The position numbers and the translations under genes are program-made. From Candidatus Heimdallarchaeota archaeon (GTDB lineage Archaea > Asgardarchaeota > Heimdallarchaeia > Heimdallarchaeales > Heimdallarchaeaceae), in NCBI GenBank assembly GCA_030668875.1, contig DAOVER010000055.1, positions 1 through 19,459 of the forward strand: DNA of 19,459 nt, read 5' to 3'. The notes beneath the pieces are model-generated. The model was given only the letters and a program-made list of their open reading frames with translations, made no database searches and had not been told where the DNA came from. Position 1 is the first letter of the stretch, and every line of letters begins with the position of its first letter. Below, one piece after another: positions 1 through 8,398 of the stretch.

Positions 1-2089
1 CTAAATCGAAGATAGCATTATTGTCTGTTGCTCGTACTTTCAGAGTGAACTGAGTAGAAGTATCTTTTATTTCTTCAGAGAATGTAATCTCAGGATTTTC
101 ATCATCAACTTTGGATACAGTTTCAAGATCTTCGTGATTAAGAACTAACGGAAAGAACAATGCATCCTTTAATACAGGAAATGTTATCGGGTCAAAGAAC
201 GCTGTTTCTCCAATTATTTCTATATTATAATCAACAGTAGGAATATCATAAATTAGAGTATATATTTCACCCACTACCGAAAGATTCAGCGAACTCACTC
301 TCAAGTATAAGTTGTTGAACTGTAATATTGCATTGGCATTACATATCGCTTCACTACCACCTATAGCAGCTGGATCAATAGTATCAGTTAGAGTGACAGT
401 TTCTCCAGGTTCATCTATAATAAATGATGCAGTATTATCATTTACAGTTGCTCCTGAATATGTCATGGTAACATTTGACTCTAAATACACACCTATCTCA
501 AAAGTAACGTCTATTTGAGCTGCTAGATTAACGTAGTAAATAGAATCTGCTCTTGTTAAATTCCCTAGATAGTAACTGGTTGTATAAGTATAGATAGTAA
601 GATCTCCAAATGGAGCAGTGAAATCATAATAATAGCTTTCAGGTTCCATTAGAGGGATTTTATAACCATATACTGAAATCTCACCAAAAACCTCTGCACC
701 AGCATATCCTTCTTCAGGAGTAATAGTAACATTTGACTCAATTCCATCTCCAGCTTGAACATACTTCTGTGTCTGTTGTTCGAATATAATAGGTACATTT
801 AGTCCTGCATACATCCCTAAGGAATAATTAACATGACTAAAACCTCCGGTCAAAGTTTTGAAGAATTCTTCTTGTATCCCTAGGTTCTGTCTAACAAGGG
901 TATACACAGGAAGATTTTCTACAGTATAAAAGACATAATTGTCACCATTGTTATTGTCTACATACATTTCTCCATCATGATTCCAAGTTATCACATAGTA
1001 CTCGTAAGCAGTGTATGGTTTAAGATTGAGTAATGTATAGCTGTGAGATGTTTGATAAAATCCTGGAAAATCAAAACCACCAAAATTGCTTACACCTATT
1101 TCTCTATAATAAATTCCCACATATGAAGAAATTGGAGTATTGAATTTCATAACACATTCAGTTTTAGTTGGTATTACTTCATATCTATCTGGAACAGCAG
1201 GATAAGTTATGTAATATTCAATAGTGAAGGTAACATCAGATATGGGTATAATTTGAGTTTGTCTTACACCATAAAGACCTCTATACCATTCTGGGAAGAA
1301 AACTGGGTTAATATCAATGAATCCTCCTAAGTCGTCATCACCATCTATATCCGCTTCAAAGCAAATGATTATGAGATCAAAACTGTCATTAAAGATTCGA
1401 CCTTGATATAACAGCAAATCTGTTGTAATTATCTCTCCATCTTCAATATCTTTGTATTCTTCTGTACTCATAGCTGCTCCGTATATCTCATAGGAGAAAT
1501 AGATTTCACCATTACCTTTTCCAACTGCCTCATGTTTATTGTGTATTTCAGCACTGACTAAAGTTACTGTGATATATGGAGTTTGTTCTTTTTCAGGAGG
1601 AATAGAAGGAGCTTGATCTATACTTACTTCAAGATAGAATATTGCATCTGTTCCTGTAACAACAAATGTTTCTGAAAAACCATATAATGCGATGAAATCA
1701 CCAAAATCTATAGGAAGGAGAGTGAAATTGTATTCACCTACATAATCATCAGCATCAGCATCATCTTCTTCCCAACATTCCATAAAAAGGAAAAGGTTAC
1801 TTCCCTCTCTAACTAAGCTATCAAAGAAGACATAATTCAAAGTGACGTTCTCACCGTCATCAATTCCTTCGTAATTTGCTGTACGGAATTCTGAACCATT
1901 CATATTAAACTTAAAGTATATTTCTCCATCTCCAAGAGGAAAACTTTCGTGGTTATCGATGATTGTAACATCTTTAAGTTCAATTCTCATGTATCCTATG
2001 TCACCAGGTGCTGCATTAACAACAAGCATCGAAAAACTACTGGTAATAAGGACAATTAAACATATTATAGTTATCAATTTTTTATTCAT
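1..2089 (-). CDS. Large secreted/surface glycoprotein: signal peptide, two C2-like domains, FN3 domain, further beta-rich domains (3' end outside window)
   Basis: Not in the ORF track because it has no stop in the window. I read the frame from ATG 2089 to position 2 and found no in-frame stop (696 codons). N-terminus MNKKLITIICLIVLITSSFSMLVVNA is signal-like; SD AGGTGA at 2094-2099. Acidic loops WEEDDADADDYVG and FEADIDGDDDLGG, FN3 signature LLNLKPYTAYEYYV, nine N-x-S/T sequons. Confidence 0.9.
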   Translation of the reverse strand, partial: MNKKLITIICLIVLITSSFSMLVVNAAPGDIGYMRIELKDVTIIDNHESFPLGDGEIYFKFNMNGSEFRTANYEGIDDGENVTLNYVFFDSLVREGSNLFLFMECWEEDDADADDYVGEYNFTLLPIDFGDFIALYGFSETFVVTGTDAIFYLEVSIDQAPSIPPEKEQTPYITVTLVSAEIHNKHEAVGKGNGEIYFSYEIYGAAMSTEEYKDIEDGEIITTDLLLYQGRIFNDSFDLIIICFEADIDGDDDLGGFIDINPVFFPEWYRGLYGVRQTQIIPISDVTFTIEYYITYPAVPDRYEVIPTKTECVMKFNTPISSYVGIYYREIGVSNFGGFDFPGFYQTSHSYTLLNLKPYTAYEYYVITWNHDGEMYVDNNNGDNYVFYTVENLPVYTLVRQNLGIQEEFFKTLTGGFSHVNYSLGMYAGLNVPIIFEQQTQKYVQAGDGIESNVTITPEEGYAGAEVFGEISVYGYKIPLMEPESYYYDFTAPFGDLTIYTYTTSYYLGNLTRADSIYYVNLAAQIDVTFEIGVYLESNVTMTYSGATVNDNTASFIIDEPGETVTLTDTIDPAAIGGSEAICNANAILQFNNLYLRVSSLNLSVVGEIYTLIYDIPTVDYNIEIIGETAFFDPITFPVLKDALFFPLVLNHEDLETVSKVDDENPEITFSEEIKDTSTQFTLKVRATDNNAIFDL

Positions 2090-2120
2090 GATCTCACCTA
2101 AGTGATTCATGTAAAAATGC

Positions 2121-2137
2121 CTTAAAACATATTTAAA
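2121..2137 (-). promoter_or_regulatory. Candidate TATA boxes (TTTAAAT, TTTTAAG) for the surface-protein gene
   Basis: Two TATA-like words 32-48 nt upstream of the ATG, leaving room for the SD at 2094-2099. Confidence 0.45.
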
Positions 2138-2257
2138 GTTGTTGCGAAAAGAAATAAAAGGTAAAATTCTAACCAATTTTTACTAATAAAATGATTTTCT
2201 AGAATAAGTGTTGCAAAAAAAATCAATCACTTTTATTTGTGCGATGATTTCTTCAGT

Positions 2258-2306
2258 TGGTCACATAGTGGTCACTTCTTCTCGTCATGTTAAAATCATG
2301 TGACCA
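2258..2306. repeat. 9-bp perfect inverted repeat TGGTCACAT/ATGTGACCA with 31-nt spacer, in a 419-nt non-coding gap
   Basis: Arms at 2258-2266 and 2298-2306; extra direct copy TGGTCAC at 2269-2275. Confidence 0.6.
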
Positions 2307-2508
2307 GTCATAGTATACTTAGGTGCAAAAAATGGCTCAAAAAATAAATCAAAACAGAAAGACAGAAAACAATCAAAACAAATGGTTCTACTTACACGAA
2401 GCTAGAAAAGTTGAGAAGAAGGGAATCTCCCACTTTAATGGTCATGTTCTTATCTACTAATTTTTCTAAATTATTTGTTTTCTTAAACTCGTGCTGAGAT
2501 CAATTTCT

Positions 2509-3060
2509 TTACTTGCTTCTTTTCTTGATTGGTTTCAACCCAGGTATCCATTTTGAAACTTTCTTTTGATAATCACTATACTCCTGCCCAAATTGTTTTA
2601 CGAGTAATTTTTCTTCATAAGTTGCAACATATTCATAGAATATTATAATGATTATACATATTCCAAAGGCTAATAATGACCAAGCCAAAATAGATAAACC
2701 CACAAACAACAGTATTGACCCAAAATACACTGGATGTCTGCAATAAGCAAAAACTCCAGAAGTTACTACACCTGGTTTGTCTCTTACTTCTTTGAAAACT
2801 TTTCTTAATCCAGCAAAAGCGAAAAATCCAGAAATAATTAGAACTATTACTCCAAGTGGAATTGTCACATAAATTGGAATATCATCAGCTAAGAATGTTG
2901 AAAATTTCAGTGTGAATGAATCTAAAAACCAGACAACTAGAAAGATAAATAAGAGAATCAGCTGTCCAGTATCAGTAAACTTGTGCTCTCCTGCCAAGTC
3001 TTCTCTTCCTTTATTTTTTCTTCGTGTAAATCCTTGAATTTTCTCTTCATTCTCACTCAT
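2509..3060 (-). CDS. Isoprenylcysteine carboxyl methyltransferase / PEMT family membrane protein
   Basis: Several TM helices plus motifs VVTSGVFAYCRHPVYFG and EEKLLVKQFGQEYSDYQKKVSKWIP. Confidence 0.88.
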   Translation of the reverse strand: MSENEEKIQGFTRRKNKGREDLAGEHKFTDTGQLILLFIFLVVWFLDSFTLKFSTFLADDIPIYVTIPLGVIVLIISGFFAFAGLRKVFKEVRDKPGVVTSGVFAYCRHPVYFGSILLFVGLSILAWSLLAFGICIIIIIFYEYVATYEEKLLVKQFGQEYSDYQKKVSKWIPGLKPIKKRSK

Positions 3061-3064
3061 ATCC

Positions 3065-3160
3065 TAGCATTTAACGTGCTAATATATAATAGTGAGCATA
3101 TTGAGTTATAATTCAAAACGAAAGATTTAAATATATTCGCCAACTTAGAGAATATTGAGT
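3065..3160. promoter_or_regulatory. Divergent promoter with two TATA boxes and candidate operators
   Basis: TATA-like elements at about 3082-3091 (minus) and TTTAAATA 3126-3133 (plus); near-palindrome TTGAGTTATAATTCAA 3101-3116; TAGCA-N7-TGCTA 3065-3081; direct repeat ATATTGAGT at 3098 and 3152. Confidence 0.5.
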
Positions 3161-3186
3161 AATAATTCATTAAGGTGAAAAAAATA

Positions 3187-3507
3187 ATGTATAGAAGATA
3201 TTATGGAGCAAGATATGGTAGAGGTAGAGGGTATGGAGCTGGATACGGTCCAGGATGGGGTCCAGGAAGAAGATTTTCAAGTCCGTACTGTGATTATTAT
3301 CCCGATCGTCCAAGAGGATGGTGGGCTATGCCAGAATACGAAGGAGTAGGTTTTGTTGCACCACCAACAGGAGCTAGGTGGGACCCTTACGGGAAACCGG
3401 AAACACCGGAAGCAATAGAGCATGAAATTTCGCTCATTCAAAGGCAAGTTGAAGCACTTCAAAAAGAAATTGAGCAGCTGAAAGCACTAGATAAACCAGC
3501 TAAATAA
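3187..3507 (+). CDS. Small Gly/Arg/Tyr-rich protein with C-terminal coiled coil (DUF5320-like)
   Basis: YGRGRGYGAGYGPGWGPG low-complexity N-terminus, PYCDYYPDRPRGWW motif, heptad tail EISLIQRQVEALQKEIEQL. Start moved from GTG 3175 to ATG 3187 because AGGTGA (3173-3178) fits as its SD. Confidence 0.75.
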   Translation: MYRRYYGARYGRGRGYGAGYGPGWGPGRRFSSPYCDYYPDRPRGWWAMPEYEGVGFVAPPTGARWDPYGKPETPEAIEHEISLIQRQVEALQKEIEQLKALDKPAK

Positions 3508-3563
3508 ATAGGAAATTAGCAAAACTTATATTTCCTATTACCATTTTTTTCAAGGTTATAAAT

Positions 3564-3905
3564 ATGTCTGACAGAGGATTTGTTCCTGATGATGATTTTC
3601 GTGGTAGAGGGAGACCATATGGACGAGGAAGGGGAAGACGACATCCAAGAAGGGGAAGACCACCGGTTTTTTATCCAATTAACGTCAATAGAGAGATAAA
3701 TGTAGATAAGGGAACGGTTGAGCTTTCTAGTTTTGAGTTGCAAATACTACAACTATCAGACATAGAAAACCTTAATCAAAATGAGATAGCTGAAAAACTA
3801 AATATTTCACAAACCTCTGTTTGGAGATACTTGAATGCAACAAGAAAGAAAATTGCAATAGCTATCAGTCAACATCACGAAATTATAATTCAAATTATGG
3901 ATTAA
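3564..3905 (+). CDS. DUF134 family HTH DNA-binding protein with RG-rich N-terminal extension
   Basis: RGRPP motif, then VELSSFELQILQLSDIENLNQNEIAEKLNISQTSVWRYLNATRKKIAIA, matching the DUF134 pattern. Confidence 0.85.
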   Translation: MSDRGFVPDDDFRGRGRPYGRGRGRRHPRRGRPPVFYPINVNREINVDKGTVELSSFELQILQLSDIENLNQNEIAEKLNISQTSVWRYLNATRKKIAIAISQHHEIIIQIMD

Positions 3906-3995
3906 TTGGATAGCTGAGAGAACATAAGGGACTAAATTATCTAGATGTAGAGTTCATTAACACAGACATACTACAAATCATCACTGTTTAAAAAT

Positions 3996-5271
3996 TTAAG
4001 CTAATACAAAATTAGTCAACCATTCCCATGAAAATAAACTTATTAACTCAAATATTTGTCTAACATTATCTGGATGAGCATCTGCTTTAATTTCCAAAAC
4101 GGCATCATTGTCTTCAGCTATGAATTCGAGTTTTGTCAAAATTTTATCCGTTTTAATTCTGTTAAAGTTCTTTGCTATATCATAAGCATGAAGTACATCA
4201 TCTTGAAGAAGCAAAGGTTCAACCATAAGTTCAATTGTATCATAGGGTTTAAACCAGCTAAATTCGTTGGATGATCCTACTGAAACTGGTTTCATCTCCA
4301 CTTTCAATTTAACAGCATTTCTTACAGTTCCAACAGCTTTAACAATTATTTTATCTTTATCCCACTTCCAAGTTATGGTATTAAACAAACCGGAATTGTG
4401 TGTCATCTCAGCTTGATTTTCTGATAAATCAAGTTTGTTAACCCGTGTACGCAGTTTATCTAGTACTTTCCCAATATCAACTGTTGCAGGTATTTTTTGA
4501 ACTTCTTCCGCTTCATAATCTCTTTCTCCTTCTGTTGAAGCAGGTATAAAGGAGATTACTTCATCAGCCGGTTTTACTACTGGAAATTTGTAATGTTCTT
4601 TCTTTAGTTTAGTAACAGGAATTAAGCTTTGCAAAATCTTGAAGCTCTCTTTTAATGATTTAATGTTTGTTTTTTTTGTTTCTAAGTAAATTGTAACAAG
4701 ATTATTACTTTCACTACTAATCTGACATTGTCTCAAATCACTCTTTTTTGCCAATAGAGGTAGAAGTTGATCATTTAAACTGAAGAAGTTCTCTGCATTT
4801 TGAAGAGGATTAACATTGATTAGTAGTGAATCATCAATATATGGGACACCAATTTCAAGGTTTTCTCCTCGGAATCTTTTATTGAAAAATCCTTCTTGTA
4901 TGATTGAACAAAACAGTGATTGAGGGAAAGAATCCATCCTAACTTCTGCTCTTAACACCAAGAAAGTTTGACTGTATTGCCCTCTACGTTCTACATTATA
5001 GCGGACATTGAGATATCGAAGGTTTCCCAGAGTTTCATTATGTGCTTGAATATCTGGGACACTTAAGCCTCCCCCTTGAGAAATAACATCTACTTCCATT
5101 TCTGGAAACTCCAACTGAATTAAGCCTGAAGCAAGCCCAGTGAATTTTTTTTTGTTTTCCTGATGTATAAATGATCATAATAATAACCGCAATGATGAAA
5201 AATACAATAGCTAAAATGATAGGCCATTCCAAGTATAATCTTCCTCCAAGAACAAATAGCTGAAGTAACAT
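3996..5271 (-). pseudogene. Single-pass membrane protein (about 424 aa when repaired) split by a frameshift in an A9 run
   Basis: ORF 5038..5286 (TM helix) and ORF 3996..5114 join in frame if the 9-T run at 5145-5153 is 8 long (..GKQKK-FTGLASGLIQLEFPEME..). May be a sequencing error. Start 5271 or 5286. Confidence 0.75.
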
Positions 5272-5363
5272 ATAAATGTAATTCAATAAAAATCAGTTCG
5301 TACTCTAGGGGACATTTGTTGAAAACTTATTTTTATTAGTTTGATTTCTATGTTTACTTGAAA

Positions 5364-5764
5364 ATGATCAACAAAAACAATAAAAATGAGGATGAATGGA
5401 GGAAAGAATTAACTTCTAAGCAATTTAGAGTTCTTCGTCTTAAAGGTACAGAAAAACCATTCACTGAGAAGTTTTGGAATCATAAAAAGAAAGGAGTCTA
5501 CAAATGTGCTGGATGTGGAACAATATTGTTCGATTCTAATACAAAATTTGATGCAGGTTGTGGTTGGCCTAGTTTTAGTTCAACAATTAACGAATCTAAT
5601 ATTGAAGAAAAGACAGATAGATCTCAAGATATGGTTGAACAGAGGTTCTATGTAAAAATTGTGGAGGACACCTAGGACATGTTTTCGATGATGGTCCTCA
5701 ACCTACAGGATTACGATTTTGTATAAACTCTGTCTCCATAGATTTTGATAAGAAAGAAGAATAG
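5364..5764 (+). pseudogene. msrB: Peptide-methionine (R)-S-oxide reductase MsrB with a 1-nt deletion
   Basis: LRLKGTEKPF, CAGC, KFDAGCGWPSF in the first frame; [31 protein letters not shown] to TAG 5762-5764 in a shifted frame. Adding one base between 5636 and 5637 restores M-V-R-T-E-V. Confidence 0.92.
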
Positions 5765-5790
5765 TCAAATACTGGACGAAATAGGATAAC

Positions 5791-6351
5791 TTACCCTTGC
5801 AATTTCCTTCTAAGATTCAATAATTTCCATTTGTAGAACATCGTGATTGCCTGAGCTAGAACTTTAGGTGCTTTCAGACCAATATTTTTCTCCATGTAGT
5901 GAGAAAGTAGGATTGAAATCTTTGCGTCTATTGTTGTAATGACACAATAAGGTTGAGCAAATCTTTTTTCGGGTGTAAATACAGAAACATTAGAAATTTG
6001 TTTCCACGAGTATTTCTTTACGCCTTTTCTTTCATCAGTAATGTAAAGCCCATCTTTTGTTAATAAATAGGTATTCTTATCTCGAGAAGAATAGTTTACC
6101 AAAAATATCACTTGTACTAAACCCACTACTCCGATAACTACTCCCAAAACTGCGATATAAACCGACCAAGTATTTCCCAAAAAGGGTAAAGAAATACCTA
6201 AGAGCACACCAGAAATTACTAGTAAAGTGGCTAGCCTGAAGACTATACTCCAAATGGTTTTTGGTACTAGAAGTAACTCTGAATGCCTTGTTTTATGTTT
6301 TCTCATTCTAATATCTGGGGAGATCTGCTCAGTTGATTCTTCAGACGACAT
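5791..6351 (-). CDS. Two-TM membrane protein with a PH-like cytoplasmic domain
   Basis: Two hydrophobic helices, then YLLTKDGLYI...KKYSWKQISNV, a pattern typical of prokaryotic PH-like domains. Start 6351 or 6363. Confidence 0.65.
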   Translation of the reverse strand: MSSEESTEQISPDIRMRKHKTRHSELLLVPKTIWSIVFRLATLLVISGVLLGISLPFLGNTWSVYIAVLGVVIGVVGLVQVIFLVNYSSRDKNTYLLTKDGLYITDERKGVKKYSWKQISNVSVFTPEKRFAQPYCVITTIDAKISILLSHYMEKNIGLKAPKVLAQAITMFYKWKLLNLRRKLQG

Positions 6352-6467
6352 AACAATCAGCATTACGATTTACAGTTTAATTTAATTAACCTAAATAAAA
6401 GATTACTTCTCTTTCAGTGGAAAGAATTCAACAATGTTTATTAGTTATAGACAGTAAACCTATCAAG

Positions 6468-6923
6468 ATGACTAACCAAAATGAAGACAAACCTAAGAAG
6501 AGCAAAGGGTTCAAAATCTTACTGATTTTGTTTGCAATCATCGAAATAGGGTTAATTGCTACTGGGCTTTCATTTATTATTAGTTCATTTGCTACTTCTA
6601 ACTTCGAGATTAGTTTTGAAAGATTTAACATAGGAATAATACTCATATGGATATTCATAGGTTCAATAATCATTTTCTTTCCAATACTAATGATTTCTTT
6701 TATTATGAGTAAAAGAAAGGCAATAACCAAAACATTCCATAATATATCAAGCTCGGTCTCAAGTGCAACTGCTTCTGCTTTAGCTCCTTATTCAGCATCA
6801 TATAGACCTTCAAAATCTGGAAAAGTGTATTATTGCAATTATTGCGGGTATGAGGTTAAGAGCAATGAAAGAGAATGTCCCGAATGTGGTGGACCAATAA
6901 AAAGAGGAAAAAGAGTAGCTTAA
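6468..6923 (+). CDS. Two-TM membrane protein with C-terminal zinc ribbon
   Basis: Two TM segments; CNYC-x10-CPEC. ATG 6468 preferred over GTG 6417. Confidence 0.8.
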   Translation: MTNQNEDKPKKSKGFKILLILFAIIEIGLIATGLSFIISSFATSNFEISFERFNIGIILIWIFIGSIIIFFPILMISFIMSKRKAITKTFHNISSSVSSATASALAPYSASYRPSKSGKVYYCNYCGYEVKSNERECPECGGPIKRGKRVA

Positions 6924-7322
6924 TTACTTCTTCTCTTTCTTTGTAGGAACAATCAGAACCTCATCTATATCAGTAATGTTTTTTATTTCTTTCTCTTTCC
7001 AAAGGAGAAGAATTTTGTTTAGAAGTTGTTTAAATGTTTCGTGTTTATCTTTGGGTAATGCTTCAACTTCAAGAACAATTGGTGTTGCCCCCTTCCTTAG
7101 TTTGTATACTTTCACCTTTCCTTCTCGCTCTTGTTCAATAATCCCCTGATTCTCAAGAACTTCTAAATGGTGGTAAAGATTGTATCGAGATTCATCTAAA
7201 GATTGTTCCAGATCTAAAGTAGTTTGATTTTTCTCTTTTAATTCCTCTACAATAGCTTTCCTTGTAGGATGGCTAACGGAGGAGATTTTCTTGGGAACAC
7301 GTTTTCTTCTTTCTTCTTTCAT
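6924..7322 (-). CDS. ArsR-family winged-HTH transcriptional regulator
   Basis: SHPTRKAIVEEL...SRYNLYHHLEVLENQGIIEQEREGKVKVYKL; SD-like GAGGAG before ATG 7322. Confidence 0.88.
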   Translation of the reverse strand: MKEERRKRVPKKISSVSHPTRKAIVEELKEKNQTTLDLEQSLDESRYNLYHHLEVLENQGIIEQEREGKVKVYKLRKGATPIVLEVEALPKDKHETFKQLLNKILLLWKEKEIKNITDIDEVLIVPTKKEKK

Positions 7323-7345
7323 GCACAATCTCCTCACAAAAGCTG

Positions 7346-8317
7346 TTATTCAGCTTTGTCCTCCTTCTTTTTCATGGATTTCATCTTTTGAGCAGCTATA
7401 TTTTTCTGTATAAAATCAACTGAGGATTGAGCTGATTTGAAAGAAGCGGTATCAATTGACTTGAACTTTTCTTTCATTTCTTCAGGAGCCATATCATAGT
7501 ATTTACCCTCTACAGCATTAGATGCAGCCATCTTATCCTTCTTATCTCTTGTCTCAGTTCTTTGGAGATAGAAGTGGCTGATCATATGTATAACTTTACC
7601 TTCTCCATGTTCAAACTCTACTATTACTGGACTCTCTCCATATTTTTTCTTAAGTTCATTAGAATAAACGAGAACTTTAACATTCTTCTTGTCGAGTATC
7701 TCTATTGGGTAAGACGAACCTTCTAGCCACCAAAGTGGGTCTCCATCTGCTTCTAGAAAACCTTTTACTATAGGGTTATCTGGATCCTTAACTGTTATTC
7801 TTACAACTTCATCCCCGGTAGGCTGTTGATTATATTTTACTTTATCTGGAAATCCTTTCTCCAGAACATTCTGAAGAGCCCAATCAGTAGTAATCAATAA
7901 ACCACCTTCACGAACGAAAGTTACTAGCTTTCTTATTGCTTTATCACTTATATTTCCAGGACAATTGATGAAAACAGTTTGATCAGGTCGGTAATTTACT
8001 GTTTCTGCGGAATGCTCAGGGATAACTACATGAGGAATGTCTGCTAATCTAAGAACAAACTCACAGTTATCGTATCCTCCCTGAACAACTATGACATTAC
8101 TCTCATCTACCTCATCCAGAGCTACAGCCATTTCTGGTTCTTCCTCTCTCAGTTTTGTTTTTGTATACCAAGATGAAACCTCGTATGAGTTTTTCATTTG
8201 ATTGTATTTATCATCATCCTTATCCACGTTCTTAGGTACCCCTTTAGACTGGATATTTTGGAATGATTTTAAAACTTCTTCTTGACTGATATTTTTTTGT
8301 TTTTTTTCGTCATTCAT
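7346..8317 (-). CDS. Uncharacterised protein, probable class I glutamine amidotransferase-like fold
   Basis: 323-aa ORF; VFINCPG followed by FVREGGLLITTDWA, and GEGKVIHMISHF near the C-terminus, resemble GATase1-like beta/alpha repeats. Confidence 0.55.
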   Translation of the reverse strand: MNDEKKQKNISQEEVLKSFQNIQSKGVPKNVDKDDDKYNQMKNSYEVSSWYTKTKLREEEPEMAVALDEVDESNVIVVQGGYDNCEFVLRLADIPHVVIPEHSAETVNYRPDQTVFINCPGNISDKAIRKLVTFVREGGLLITTDWALQNVLEKGFPDKVKYNQQPTGDEVVRITVKDPDNPIVKGFLEADGDPLWWLEGSSYPIEILDKKNVKVLVYSNELKKKYGESPVIVEFEHGEGKVIHMISHFYLQRTETRDKKDKMAASNAVEGKYYDMAPEEMKEKFKSIDTASFKSAQSSVDFIQKNIAAQKMKSMKKKEDKAE

Positions 8318-8326
8318 TTGTGTTCA

Positions 8327-8378
8327 AGTAAGTAACTACTTACTAACTTAAAAGTGTTTGGGTAAGTAAGTACTTACT
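8327..8378 (-). promoter_or_regulatory. TATA box flanked by two AGTAAGT-based palindromic operators
   Basis: AGTAAGTA-AC-TACTTACT (8327-8344), TATA TTTTAAG on the minus strand (8347-8353), perfect 14-bp palindrome AGTAAGTACTTACT (8365-8378). Confidence 0.8.
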
Positions 8379-8398
8379 AAACGAAGAAAAAAATAAAC

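Noticed and set aside
312-518. 68-aa plus-strand ORF
   Set aside because: Antisense shadow of the large surface-protein gene.
3277-3743. Minus-strand ORFs 3277..3462 and 3516..3743
   Set aside because: Shadows of the RG-rich and DUF134 genes; no motifs.
4056-4274. 72-aa plus-strand ORF
   Set aside because: Antisense to a longer coding region.
3996-5764. Programmed recoding as a shared explanation for the two adjacent frameshifts
   Set aside because: The lesions differ in type, the msrB one has no slippery site, and no stimulatory structure was seen; error or decay is simpler.
6428-6730. Hydrophobic 100-aa minus-strand ORF
   Set aside because: Antisense of TM-coding codons; the plus-strand ORF carries the zinc ribbon.
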